From a virus: a stretch of 64,000 nt of DNA. Numbering within the stretch: the stretch's first letter is position 1; each line of letters starts with the position of its first letter. The DNA is taken from IMG/VR virus record IMGVR_UViG_3300032325_000466, positions 96,001 to 160,000 of that record; one strand, given 5' to 3'. Below are positions 1 to 11,285 of the stretch, one piece after another. The notes below the pieces were generated by a model. The model ran no database searches. It was not told the origin of the DNA and saw only the letters and a list, made by a program, of their open reading frames with translations. The position numbers and the translations under genes are program-made.

Positions 1-2
1 AT

Positions 3-3000
3 ATCAACTATGATGTATATGAAAATTGGGCAATTAAGAGTGGTGAATTTGGTGGTGTACTCAATAATAATTTCATAGACTTTAGACTCAACCAAAATCA
101 ACTTACTGGTAATCCTAGCATTGTTGGTCTAACTACCGGTGTATTTACTGATGGCGTACAGCAAGAAGTTCCGCTATACTCAGTGTTCAACTATGGTAGA
201 CCAGTTACTGATCCAAATGTATTAGCTACATTACCAACTGATACTCCTGATAAATTATTCCCAAGTGCTGGATACCCAAATTTCAATGATGTTAAAACTT
301 ACTCATATTTTTATTCAGGACTAAACAATGCAGTAGTTCCCCTATCACGCTTATATGTGGGAGAATATTTATGGGTAGCAGACTTTAAGGGCACATGGCA
401 AGTGTTCACACCACAGTCAATTAGTCAAGTTATTAATGTAATCAACAATTTAAATAACACAATTACTGTACAGTTTAACGCACCCCATAACCTAGTTAAA
501 TTTCAGCCATTTGCTATCATCAACTTTAACACAAATATCGATGGCTACTATATTGTAACTTCAGTGCTAGATCCTACTAGAGTAACCGTAACACTATCGC
601 TTAGTTCAGCTACTCTAAACATTACAGGCACAGGTATTGGAGTTGCATTTACTAGCCAGCGTGTAGGAAAACCTAGCGATATTGCATCGTTTCCTGTAAA
701 CGATAATGAATTTATCAAAACAAAAGTTTGGGTAGATGAAAATAATGACGGCTCTTGGGCAGTATATCGTAAGAGTTTAAATTATCAATATAAATCAGAA
801 TTGATTAAAGACGATTCATTTACATTTGGTAGTGCAGTAGCTTATACAAGTGACTTAGGTTATTTAATTAGTGACGCTAGCTTAGGTGAAGTGTATAGAT
901 ATACATACAACTCAGTATTTGCTAGATATGATCTAACACAAACCTTAGTGGGAGCTACAACATTTGGTACTACTATTGGTTATGCTGGCTCTATATTTGC
1001 GATATCTCAGCCTACTGGTGTAACTACTAATGATAGAATAGTTAGCGTTTATAACCTAGTAACAAATACATTAACTAATGCATTACAATTAATTCAAACA
1101 ATTACTGCACCCTCTGGTATTACAAATTGGGGAAGAGCTATCACAGTGTCAGGTGATCAACAATGGTTATACATTGGTGGTTACGAACAAAATGTAGTGT
1201 ATGCATACAAGTTTAATGCTACTACCGATGAATATGATCATGTAGCTACAATCGCGCTATCTACATCGGAGACAGGTGATAACTTTGGTTATTCTCTATC
1301 AACCAACTATTATGGTAATACTTTAGTAGTGGGAGCACCTGGTGAAAACTATAACGCTACTACAGATAATTGGGGATACACTTATGTATTCAATAGATTA
1401 TCACAAACATTTGAATTTCAATTTGATCAAGCACCATCATTTACACTAGCATTTACTCCAACCACAGTGTCAGTTGCAGTTAATGGTACCGCATTGGAAG
1501 CTACTGAATACACGCTTATTGGTAATGTTGTTTCTATTACTAAATCACTAAACACTGGTGATATCATAATAGTAAGTGGAAATCAGTTTGTACTAATGCA
1601 AGAATTGACTACACAAAATCAGCCAAGAATAGGTGTTCAGTTTGGCTATAGCTTAGATACTAATAACTATGGTACAGAAATCTTAGTAGGCGCTCCCTTT
1701 GAAGTAAACGCTAGCAATCAAGAGGGTGCAGTTTATAGATATACTACTTCGGGCGGTGCATATGGTTACATAATTGGTAGCAAAGAATGTTATGTATACG
1801 ATACTACTAACATATTGATTAATGGGTATCAGGTAACAGTACCAGCAGGTGATGCAGCATCTACCGCTAGCGCAATCAACGCGGCAAAAATTACAAATGT
1901 TACTGCCTCTGCCGCGGATAATATACTAACCATTAGACTAGTAAATGTTAAACTGGCTTTAATGAATGATAAACTAAATCTACAAGTACTACAGACTAAC
2001 ATACTAGATCAATTGGGTATAACTGTTTATACACAAACACAAACAATTAATGATCCAAACCAACAGAGTAGAACCCAGTTTGGTACTGCGGTAAGATTCA
2101 ACGAGTTGGGTTCATTTGTAGTCAGCGCACCAGTTGCAGCAAGATACGCTCACACTACATTTGACATGACTGATGATGAGAATTTTGACAACGATACTCT
2201 GTTTGATAATAATACTACTCAGTGGGTAGATAGATTTATAAATGCCGGTGCTGTATACATGTATGACTACTTAAGCGTGTATAATGAGAATTTACACAAT
2301 GTAGGTAAATTCGTTTACGCTCAAAGTGTAAATGCCCTAAATGAAAATTACGGAGCACAACCATATTATGGTACTGCATTAGACTTTAATAGTAATAATG
2401 TTATCGTAGGTACTCCTGGATTTAAACCCGGCACTACTAATGGCCAAGTTGTTGTTTATGATAACAGCACTGGTGTACAGAACTGGGCAACATATCGTTA
2501 CTCTGCTCCAGTAGTAGATACCGGCGCTATACAGAATGTACAGCTATACAGCGCGATTACTAACAATACCCTTGAAAATCTTGACTACATCGACCCACTA
2601 CAGGGCAAGATATTGGGTGTAGTAAGAGAAAACTTAGATGTAGTGTCTAATGCTGACCCAGCAGTTTATAATTCATCTACTGCTAACAATCAAGGTGCTA
2701 TAGTATGGGGAGAACGTCAACTAGGTCAATTATGGTATAACACTTCTACTACTAGATTTGTCAATTATCATCAAAACGATTCGGTAACTTATAACAGCCA
2801 GTGGTGGGGTAGAGTATTCCCAGGCAGTAATGTACAGGTATTAAGTTGGATTACCAGTGATCAGCTACCAGTTAACTACAGTGGTCCAGGTACTCCTTAC
2901 GATATAACATCCTATAGTATTGAATACACTACTAACTCAACTGGTGCTCTAGTTCCTGTATATTACTATTGGGTTAGAAATACTAACATAATCTTTAGTA

Positions 3001-6000
3001 AGACAGGTAAAACACTATCCGATACCGTATGCGAATCTTATATTGGATTACCAACAGCAACCGGTATCGCTTATATGGCTCCCATACAACCAAATGTATT
3101 TGGATTGTATAACAGTGGAGATTATATAAATGCAAATGACTCAGTGCTACATATTGGCTTTGCCACAAGTAGAAATGATGATGTTTCACATAGCTCATAT
3201 AATTTAATAAAAGCCAATTATGCTAGCGACTTTTTACCAGGATTGCCAGGTGTAGGTAGTGCCATAGAACCTGAATCGCTATACCTAAAAATGATAGACA
3301 GTTTATCAGGTGTAGATACTGCAGGCGGCATAGTTCCTGATCCATTCTTACCAAAGCCAGTGCAAAGCGGTATCCTATCTCGCCCACGCCAAAGCTTCTT
3401 TTATAATAGATTTAAGGCGCTACAGAATTATCTTGAATACGCGAACACAGTACTTGCACAATTCCCTATCTTAGAGATAAGAAATGGAAATCTTTCATTC
3501 TTATATAAAGTAGGTGAAGTTAACAAGTCTACTGATCCTGTATATAATACAGACCCAACAAGCCCATATTACAGTCCCGACCCATGGACAGGTCCCATAC
3601 TACCATTCTATGATACAACTGATTACTGGACACCAATTAATTGGTGGGCAACTGGTTATAACGATAATACTAAATCGTCATTACTAGTTCCTCTATATAG
3701 TGATCTAAGTACTATTGGCAATCCTCAAAATGGATTAATAGTAACTGTGGCTGAAAACGGTGCTGGCAGTCAAGAAACATATAGATATGTAGCTCCTGTT
3801 GGCGACACTGCAGGATATTGGGTAAGAATAGGTTTACAAAATGGTACTATAAAATTTAACAGTTCTTTATGGGATTACGCTACTGCAAGAATAGGATTTG
3901 GTGATAGTTTCTTTGATACCCAGCCATATGATTATTACCCATCAGCAGAAACTAGAAATATAATTAGATCGTTGAATGAAGAAATTTACATTGGTGAACT
4001 ACTAATCTTTAGAAATAAAAGTCTAATATTACTGTTTGAATATATCCAAAGCGAAACAGTTGAATCGCAGAATTATATGCCATGGTTGAATAAAACATCA
4101 TTTATAGATGTATCCCATACTATACGCGAACTATTACCGTTAAGAGTATTTAGGTCTGATAATCAAGTATTCTTATCAGGGTATATAAACGAAGCCAAAC
4201 CATATCATGTAGTAATTAAAGACTTTATCTTTAACTATACTCGCACTGATCTTTATAACAGCGATATAACCGATTTTGATTTACCTGCAAAGTATAATAC
4301 AGACTACGATCAATTTATTACACCAATGTTAGTTTATAGTGGAGCGGATGATATCAATGAATTCTTACCAACTGATCCTATATGGCAATCACCAGACTAT
4401 ACAACATGGTATAACAATTATGGATTAAGTCTATCTACTGTTTATAAGTATCCAATGACTACGGTAGCATCATACCTTAATTTGGTAAGTGATAATTTAT
4501 ATGTAAATAATGTGTCTGGTTTCCCAGTAACTGGTACAGTATTAATAGGTACTGAATTGATTGGTTACACTGGTATTGATACTGCATACAATATACTAAC
4601 TGGATTGACACGCGGGGTTAAAGATACTCTAGTTCAAAATCATATATATGGAGAACAAATTTACATTGATTTGCCTCCTATATTAGTTTTAAATAGCGGA
4701 AGAGAATATACCGTTCCTCCTAAGGTTACTGCATACATAGATACTAGTGTCTATCCTGCACCAAGAGTTGCTGCTATACTAACACCCATAATGTCTTTTG
4801 ATAAAGTTATAGGTGTTCAGGTAGTAAATTCAGGCTCAGGTTATGCAGTTTTACCCGAAATTGTATTCGAACCAGCCCTTATAGAGAACTTTACTAGCAC
4901 AGGAGTAGACACTGATCTAAACTATATTGCGCTTACTACTACTGGATTAGTAACGGGTGATTTAGTAAGATATGATGTAGGTACTGATACTGAACCAGTT
5001 AGTGGACTTCAAGTGGGCGCATACTACTATGTAAATTTACTACAAACTACACCAACAAATGTTATTGCACTTTATACTAATTATGTTGATGCTATTCAAG
5101 ATCATAACAGAGTTAATCTGTATACTCAAGGAAGTGGCGACAATAATATATTAGCATTAACTGCGGTAGCAAGTTGCACTACAACATCACAGCCTGTTCG
5201 TGAAAATATAACTACTCTTAGATTTGATAGAACTTCTTATAACTCTTCACTGCAAACATGGCAACCAGGACAATTTTATGGTTCTAAGTATACCGGGGAT
5301 TTAAGTCTTACTAAGTTAGCTAGCTCATCTTTACTATTGCAATCTACCAACCCACCGATATCTGAGATATTGGCTAGTGCCCAAGGACAAACTTTTGAAA
5401 TACTAGAAGTTAGAAATGTAGAAACTTATACTTGGTCATCACGCACACGCTCAGTGTTTGCAACTACTAGCCCTGATCGTATTACGGTTATGTCATCTGC
5501 TGGTGGCGACTCGCTTAATCCCACTTTAGGATTTTATGTAGATATGCCCATTAAGTTTGAGGGTGAGGAATTTGGTGGACTAAGTGTTGGAGTTACTTAT
5601 TATGTTACCGATGTATACAACAACCTTGAATTCTCAGTATCTGAAACAATCGGCGGCATGCCCATTACTCTTACCACTGAGTCTGCACCATCGGCTGGTC
5701 TACTAGCAATAACAGGTACGCTTACAAATCAAGCAGTAATTAAATTGTTTTATCCAGGTATATTAAAAGCAACTGCTACAACTAAAATAACTAATATTGT
5801 TACCGTACCACTATTACCCACTGGGTTAGGCGGAACTCAAGGATTCTACACAGGGTTACCAATATACTTTACAGGAAGGAACGTACAAGCTGGTAGCTTT
5901 GTAATAGGTAAAGGGTATACCATAGTTAGTGTAGGTACTACTGATTTTACATTATGCGGGGCATCGGCTAACGAGATAGGTGTTCAATTTACTGCAACAT

Positions 6001-9000
6001 CTGTGGGTACTGGAACAGGTGTAGTATCAACTGTATTTGGCGATGTAATTGCTAATATAGAGTTTTATGTTACTACTGTTATTGACGCAGAGAATTTTAC
6101 AATGTCTTATACCAGTACTCCTACTGAGACAACTCTGTATGCAACTACTGCTGGAACAAATTATGTGACTGTAGAAAGCGTAAATGGATTTAATGTAAAT
6201 GATCCTATAATCTTTACTAATATGCAAATTGCAGGTACTAGGGTTACAGACTTTGGAAATATCCAAGCAGGCATAGTTTACTATGTACAGTCAATAATTA
6301 ATGGTACTCAAATTCAAATTTCTACTCAATTTAATGGTGCAGCGTTAACCCTTACTACAGTGGCAGTAGCAACCGACACTAATGGTACAATAACTAATCA
6401 AAGTGAGAATGTACAATTAAATAATGCAATTGGAGAAATGACTTTAGTAGCTGGTCTGCCAATTAGCCCTGGTCAAATTAATGGCCAACGATTTGCCTTT
6501 TACCCAACCTCAAACGCATTCACTGGTGTTAGTGGTATAACAAGTGACTTATTAACAAGAACTATTACAGCAGCAGTAAGTACCAATAATGGTTTATATT
6601 TAGCTATCAGTACTGGTGGAATATCGGATGTGTATATAAATATGCCGTTTATAGTTCAAACAGCAATTGGTGGATTGTTGACAGGTACTACATATTATGT
6701 TAGAAGTACAGGCACATTAACCACTACTGTAACCAATACTACTACTTCTACTAACAGGTTAACTTGTAGTACAACAGCAGGATTTTATGAAGGTATGGCA
6801 ATAAAATTCTCAGGTGCGGTATTTGGTGGAATAACTCCAAATCTTACATACTTTATATTATCAATAGTTGATGGAAACACATTTACTATTTCTAATGACA
6901 TAGGCGGTACTGAAGTTACTCTATCTACTAGTGTTGGTAGTATGCTGCTGACCGGGGAACAGTATATCACTGTAAATGATGGAGCAGGCTCCCAAGTATT
7001 CTTATCTGATGATATTGCTTTCGTCACTCTAGACCAGTACCCAACCTCACCCCCAACATTCAATGTTGGATATACTGCAGGTGGATATTTCGTACAAGTA
7101 GCAACTCCAGGTACAGGTTATGCAGTAAACAATACTATTACGGTTGATGGTGCTCAATTAGGTGGAGAATCAGGTACAAATGATTTAACAATGACAGTAT
7201 ATGAAATATCATCAATTGGTGAAGTTGTTACAGTTATTAGTACCGGTGCACCAGCTGGAATAAATGCAAATTATTACTTAAAAGTCATATCAGAATATGA
7301 ATGTGAACTTTACTACAACTCATCATTATCTATTCCAGTACCAGGATCACAATTCCCATTTAATGGTATTACTCAAACTACAGTTACTGGGGTAACTGCT
7401 GCAACCAATGAACTTACTGTAAACAGTTCAGCGAGTTTTGCTATTAATGACCCTGTTGTATTCACTGGAGATGTATTTGGTGGAATGATATTGGGAGAAA
7501 CTTATTATATTAAAACAAAACCATCACCAACAACAGTAACTATTTCAACATTCCCAAATGGTACAGTATTTGATATTACCGCAGATGAGACAGGCGATTG
7601 TATAATGGCTACTGTAGGCGATGTTAGCTTATTGCCTGACCCATTCTATGCTACTCAAAGTATAGTTATTTACAATAACAAAGTATATCAGTGTGCAGTA
7701 AGTAACAACGATGATGATTTTGTTTTCCGTAAATGGCAATTAATGGACAGTGGGGATAGACAATTAAACGCACTTGACAGAATAGTGGGCTACTATCAAC
7801 CTACTATTAATATGCCTGGTCTAGATCTTACACAGTTAGTAGCTAATATTGTTTACCCAAATAATACTTACTTAGATAACGCATTTGCTCCAGCAGATGA
7901 GTACCCCTATGATACACTACTATTAGATAACACCTTTACTCAAGTCAATGACAATATATACACAGTACAGGGTGATGAATTTACGGCTGGTTATGGTCCT
8001 GAAGAATTAGTACCAGGCATAGTAACTGACAATCTAACAATGATTGTAAAAACACGCCCAGGTAGTAATTGGGAATCTACTGTTTATCAGAATGTGGGAT
8101 ATAATTCAGTTTCTACCGAGATTACTCCAGCACAACCTGATCAAGTACTATACTCATTTGTAAATGTTGTAATAAACCCAATACAAATATCAGTGTTTGA
8201 TATTGATACTACCACAAAACTAAGCACAAGATTGTATGATTACACTATAGATTGGATTAATAAAGTAGTTACACTATCTACTCCGCTAGCAGAGAACCAC
8301 ATACTTAGAATTGATGTATATGAAGTAGGTAATGGTGACCAGCTAGTTCGTTCAAATTCACAAACTACCCCATTCTTCTTAAATGAAGATACTCAATTTA
8401 GTGAAATTTATTTAGACTGCCTCTACTCTGCTTCTATCACTAATGGATCAGGATTAATCATACCTGGTAGTGCACCAAGTTCAATTGAAGCAATTGAAAC
8501 CAGCGCAACAGATAACACTATTTTATGCTTATCAGTATCTTCATTTACTCTTAATGCTCCAATTACTTTCCAAGGCGCAGTTTTTGGCGGTGTCGCACTA
8601 GACACTACATACTATGTTAAAACAGCAAGCGCAATTACAGACAGAATAACAATATCTGATACACTAGTTGCTGGTATAGCAGGTCCTACCCTAACGCTAA
8701 CATCAGCTACAGGTAGTATGCAAGCGATTATTCAAGCTGATAACGGTTTAGTTTGGACAGATCCAATCATTGTTCATAATGGTACAAGATTAACATTGGG
8801 TGAGCAAAGCTTTGTCACACAAACTAAGAGTAGCACAAATTCAATAGTTTGTAACTCTACGGCTCACTTTGACTTAAATGATACCGTTACTTTTAGTGCA
8901 ACAATGTTTGGTGGCATTATACAACCTAACACGGTATACTATATCGCTACCATCGTAGATGATAACGATTTTACTATTTCAGAAACTCTAGGTGGACCTA

Positions 9001-11111
9001 TACTCGCACTAACAGATGCTACTGGTGCTGCATTCTGTATAACAGCAGACTATGCGATTGCAGTAGCTGGTGATGAAGTTGGTGTCGCTCGCCCAGGAAT
9101 ATCAGCTAAAATAGTATTCCCAGTTATCTATACCACATCAGATGATTATGTATCATTTGCAGTATTTGGTCAAACAATACCTGAACAATATGGATACACT
9201 CTACCTGAAACACAAACTTATACAGGTACAGGTGCTCTACAAACATTCTCATTATTCAACTATGCTAGCGGAGATAATCCAAATAATGCTATTGTTGAGA
9301 TTGATGGATTGCGCTTATCAAATACTGATTATACAATTGATGCTGAATTATCTACGATAACCTTTACAACTGCCCCTGCACTTGACGCTAAGATAGCAGT
9401 TACTACATACAATCTAACTGATCGTCAGTATTTTAACACACAGTATGACATTACTGGCAATATCATTTCTTCAATCATTGGTATCAGTAATGCTATCACC
9501 GTGCCCCTAGCTAATACACCAGTTTATTCTTCTACTTCAGTGGGTAACTTAATTACTTGCGCTTCAACTAGTAATTTTATAGTTAATCAACCTATACAAT
9601 TCTTTGGCGTTGCCTTTGGAAATATACTAACTGATGGTACAGTGTATTTTGTTCTTACCGTTAATAGCCCAACCGAGTTTACTATATCCCAAACACAGGG
9701 AGGTAGTGCTTTCAATCCAGGTACAGCATCAGGTATTATGCTAGGTTCAGTTGGTGGACAACCTGCTATTCGCGTAACTACACAATTGGATAATGAATTT
9801 GTTACTAATGATTTAGTTGTTATTGATGCAACTGATGGTTCAGTACAGCTAAACAATAACGCATATTATGTTCATGTAATCAGTCCTACTCAGTTTGACT
9901 TATACACTGAACCATATGATCCTGCTATTGACGCTACTAATTACCCAGTAACTCAATCAGGTACATATACCGGTGGAGGATTTACTTGGTTAGACGGTAT
10001 GTTTACTCTGACTGATGTTGTCGCTACTGGAACTTCAAGTGTAGATAATACTATTATTGTTCCTGACACTGTTGGTCTAATAGTTGATACTCCAGTACTG
10101 TTCACTGAGCAGGGTAAGAAAGATGGTGAAACTACGCTAGGTGGATTAATAATAGGCCAAGAATATTACATAAGGTCAATTCCCAATACTACTAAGTTTA
10201 AAGTTTCTACTATTAGAGCAGGCGCCGAAGTTATTTTAACAACTGATGCAGGTAGTATGAATGTTACTCAGTGGGAACAACTAAATGTAGATAGATTATG
10301 GGTAACAGTTAACGGTTATCGTGTACCTTCATCGTCACTGCGCTTGAACCCAAATAATAATTTAAGCATTTTAGTTCAAATGGCTGCTACTGATGCGGTG
10401 ACTATCACTAATATGATTCCCACAGCTACACCAAATGAATTAGTGTATCTACAAAATGTTAATAAAGATAGTGTACCCGCAGTGTTCCGTGCAAACTCAA
10501 ATACACGCACTTGGCTAACTCAACCATTGATTAAAACTGATACCTATATATTCATGAGTGATGTAAGCAGAGTTACCGACACTGTTATACAAAATGCGGT
10601 AGCTCCCGCCCCAATTGACGATGCAATGTATATCCCATTACAAGCTGATAGAAATACCATTTGTCAAGTAATACTATACAATGAAACTTCGGGAGAATAT
10701 CTATTTGGAGTCTATGAAGTGGTAATCATAGCAACTGCTCCTGTACTTAAGATTATACCTACTGAACCTATTTCGGGCACTATATTCGTCAGCGAAGGTA
10801 ACAACTTAGTTATTACTATAACAATGGGTAAACTACTCTTTATCAACGGTGAATATATTTCATTTAGCGAAGTTAATTATGGAGCTAACTCGGTTGGTAA
10901 ATTACAACGAGGAATCAATGGTACTGGCATACAACCAATAACTCCTACATATTCTGAAGTCTATGGATTACTGACTGCCAACTTATTACCCGAAGCAGAG
11001 TATACTGTAACTTGGAATCCTATACCCGGTGTTTATAATGCTGTTAAGGGTGATCCATTACAATTAGCAGACACAACGGCAGCAAATTTCTTAAAAGGTG
11101 ACATCCCTTAA
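3..11111 (+). CDS. Giant virion structural protein (baseplate/tail-associated), 5'-truncated by the window edge
   Basis: The frame is open from base 3 (INYDVYENWAIKSGEFGG...), upstream of the ORF-track start at 183. It has FG-GAP-like repeats (NFGYSLS, QFGYSLD, QFGTAV), about 11 repeated beta modules (F..N.PI.F.G..FGG....TYYV...FTIS) and Thr/Asn/Gly-rich composition. Confidence 0.8.
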   Translation: MNYDVYENWAIKSGEFGGVLNNNFIDFRLNQNQLTGNPSIVGLTTGVFTDGVQQEVPLYSVFNYGRPVTDPNVLATLPTDTPDKLFPSAGYPNFNDVKTYSYFYSGLNNAVVPLSRLYVGEYLWVADFKGTWQVFTPQSISQVINVINNLNNTITVQFNAPHNLVKFQPFAIINFNTNIDGYYIVTSVLDPTRVTVTLSLSSATLNITGTGIGVAFTSQRVGKPSDIASFPVNDNEFIKTKVWVDENNDGSWAVYRKSLNYQYKSELIKDDSFTFGSAVAYTSDLGYLISDASLGEVYRYTYNSVFARYDLTQTLVGATTFGTTIGYAGSIFAISQPTGVTTNDRIVSVYNLVTNTLTNALQLIQTITAPSGITNWGRAITVSGDQQWLYIGGYEQNVVYAYKFNATTDEYDHVATIALSTSETGDNFGYSLSTNYYGNTLVVGAPGENYNATTDNWGYTYVFNRLSQTFEFQFDQAPSFTLAFTPTTVSVAVNGTALEATEYTLIGNVVSITKSLNTGDIIIVSGNQFVLMQELTTQNQPRIGVQFGYSLDTNNYGTEILVGAPFEVNASNQEGAVYRYTTSGGAYGYIIGSKECYVYDTTNILINGYQVTVPAGDAASTASAINAAKITNVTASAADNILTIRLVNVKLALMNDKLNLQVLQTNILDQLGITVYTQTQTINDPNQQSRTQFGTAVRFNELGSFVVSAPVAARYAHTTFDMTDDENFDNDTLFDNNTTQWVDRFINAGAVYMYDYLSVYNENLHNVGKFVYAQSVNALNENYGAQPYYGTALDFNSNNVIVGTPGFKPGTTNGQVVVYDNSTGVQNWATYRYSAPVVDTGAIQNVQLYSAITNNTLENLDYIDPLQGKILGVVRENLDVVSNADPAVYNSSTANNQGAIVWGERQLGQLWYNTSTTRFVNYHQNDSVTYNSQWWGRVFPGSNVQVLSWITSDQLPVNYSGPGTPYDITSYSIEYTTNSTGALVPVYYYWVRNTNIIFSKTGKTLSDTVCESYIGLPTATGIAYMAPIQPNVFGLYNSGDYINANDSVLHIGFATSRNDDVSHSSYNLIKANYASDFLPGLPGVGSAIEPESLYLKMIDSLSGVDTAGGIVPDPFLPKPVQSGILSRPRQSFFYNRFKALQNYLEYANTVLAQFPILEIRNGNLSFLYKVGEVNKSTDPVYNTDPTSPYYSPDPWTGPILPFYDTTDYWTPINWWATGYNDNTKSSLLVPLYSDLSTIGNPQNGLIVTVAENGAGSQETYRYVAPVGDTAGYWVRIGLQNGTIKFNSSLWDYATARIGFGDSFFDTQPYDYYPSAETRNIIRSLNEEIYIGELLIFRNKSLILLFEYIQSETVESQNYMPWLNKTSFIDVSHTIRELLPLRVFRSDNQVFLSGYINEAKPYHVVIKDFIFNYTRTDLYNSDITDFDLPAKYNTDYDQFITPMLVYSGADDINEFLPTDPIWQSPDYTTWYNNYGLSLSTVYKYPMTTVASYLNLVSDNLYVNNVSGFPVTGTVLIGTELIGYTGIDTAYNILTGLTRGVKDTLVQNHIYGEQIYIDLPPILVLNSGREYTVPPKVTAYIDTSVYPAPRVAAILTPIMSFDKVIGVQVVNSGSGYAVLPEIVFEPALIENFTSTGVDTDLNYIALTTTGLVTGDLVRYDVGTDTEPVSGLQVGAYYYVNLLQTTPTNVIALYTNYVDAIQDHNRVNLYTQGSGDNNILALTAVASCTTTSQPVRENITTLRFDRTSYNSSLQTWQPGQFYGSKYTGDLSLTKLASSSLLLQSTNPPISEILASAQGQTFEILEVRNVETYTWSSRTRSVFATTSPDRITVMSSAGGDSLNPTLGFYVDMPIKFEGEEFGGLSVGVTYYVTDVYNNLEFSVSETIGGMPITLTTESAPSAGLLAITGTLTNQAVIKLFYPGILKATATTKITNIVTVPLLPTGLGGTQGFYTGLPIYFTGRNVQAGSFVIGKGYTIVSVGTTDFTLCGASANEIGVQFTATSVGTGTGVVSTVFGDVIANIEFYVTTVIDAENFTMSYTSTPTETTLYATTAGTNYVTVESVNGFNVNDPIIFTNMQIAGTRVTDFGNIQAGIVYYVQSIINGTQIQISTQFNGAALTLTTVAVATDTNGTITNQSENVQLNNAIGEMTLVAGLPISPGQINGQRFAFYPTSNAFTGVSGITSDLLTRTITAAVSTNNGLYLAISTGGISDVYINMPFIVQTAIGGLLTGTTYYVRSTGTLTTTVTNTTTSTNRLTCSTTAGFYEGMAIKFSGAVFGGITPNLTYFILSIVDGNTFTISNDIGGTEVTLSTSVGSMLLTGEQYITVNDGAGSQVFLSDDIAFVTLDQYPTSPPTFNVGYTAGGYFVQVATPGTGYAVNNTITVDGAQLGGESGTNDLTMTVYEISSIGEVVTVISTGAPAGINANYYLKVISEYECELYYNSSLSIPVPGSQFPFNGITQTTVTGVTAATNELTVNSSASFAINDPVVFTGDVFGGMILGETYYIKTKPSPTTVTISTFPNGTVFDITADETGDCIMATVGDVSLLPDPFYATQSIVIYNNKVYQCAVSNNDDDFVFRKWQLMDSGDRQLNALDRIVGYYQPTINMPGLDLTQLVANIVYPNNTYLDNAFAPADEYPYDTLLLDNTFTQVNDNIYTVQGDEFTAGYGPEELVPGIVTDNLTMIVKTRPGSNWESTVYQNVGYNSVSTEITPAQPDQVLYSFVNVVINPIQISVFDIDTTTKLSTRLYDYTIDWINKVVTLSTPLAENHILRIDVYEVGNGDQLVRSNSQTTPFFLNEDTQFSEIYLDCLYSASITNGSGLIIPGSAPSSIEAIETSATDNTILCLSVSSFTLNAPITFQGAVFGGVALDTTYYVKTASAITDRITISDTLVAGIAGPTLTLTSATGSMQAIIQADNGLVWTDPIIVHNGTRLTLGEQSFVTQTKSSTNSIVCNSTAHFDLNDTVTFSATMFGGIIQPNTVYYIATIVDDNDFTISETLGGPILALTDATGAAFCITADYAIAVAGDEVGVARPGISAKIVFPVIYTTSDDYVSFAVFGQTIPEQYGYTLPETQTYTGTGALQTFSLFNYASGDNPNNAIVEIDGLRLSNTDYTIDAELSTITFTTAPALDAKIAVTTYNLTDRQYFNTQYDITGNIISSIIGISNAITVPLANTPVYSSTSVGNLITCASTSNFIVNQPIQFFGVAFGNILTDGTVYFVLTVNSPTEFTISQTQGGSAFNPGTASGIMLGSVGGQPAIRVTTQLDNEFVTNDLVVIDATDGSVQLNNNAYYVHVISPTQFDLYTEPYDPAIDATNYPVTQSGTYTGGGFTWLDGMFTLTDVVATGTSSVDNTIIVPDTVGLIVDTPVLFTEQGKKDGETTLGGLIIGQEYYIRSIPNTTKFKVSTIRAGAEVILTTDAGSMNVTQWEQLNVDRLWVTVNGYRVPSSSLRLNPNNNLSILVQMAATDAVTITNMIPTATPNELVYLQNVNKDSVPAVFRANSNTRTWLTQPLIKTDTYIFMSDVSRVTDTVIQNAVAPAPIDDAMYIPLQADRNTICQVILYNETSGEYLFGVYEVVIIATAPVLKIIPTEPISGTIFVSEGNNLVITITMGKLLFINGEYISFSEVNYGANSVGKLQRGINGTGIQPITPTYSEVYGLLTANLLPEAEYTVTWNPIPGVYNAVKGDPLQLADTTAANFLKGDIP

Positions 11112-11114
11112 AAG

Positions 11115-11121
11115 ATAAATA
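11115..11121 (+). promoter_or_regulatory. Late-type promoter ATAAATA, 5 nt before ATG 11127
   Basis: GATAAATA-aatat-ATG; resembles the T4 late consensus TATAAATA. Confidence 0.6.
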
Positions 11122-11126
11122 AATAT

Positions 11127-11285
11127 ATGAATACTAATCAGAACAATGGTGACCAAGCGAAAGAAAAGCAAGAAGAACCAAATACTCGTCCAAATGAGAT
11201 TGGTGGTTTTTACTTTTCTTCGTCTGTAAAAATTACAGATCCAAACACAAAAGAAATATTGGTTCAAATCAGGGGCGATAACTAA
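11127..11285 (+). CDS. Small 52-aa protein missed by the ORF track (MNTNQNNGDQAKEKQEEPNTRPNEIGGFYFSSSVKITDPNTKEILVQIRGDN)
   Basis: Hand translation. Its stop overlaps the next ATG (TAATG), and its C-half resembles the N-terminus of the next gene (LKIYDPNNGEIFVDKK). Confidence 0.75.
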   Translation: MNTNQNNGDQAKEKQEEPNTRPNEIGGFYFSSSVKITDPNTKEILVQIRGDN

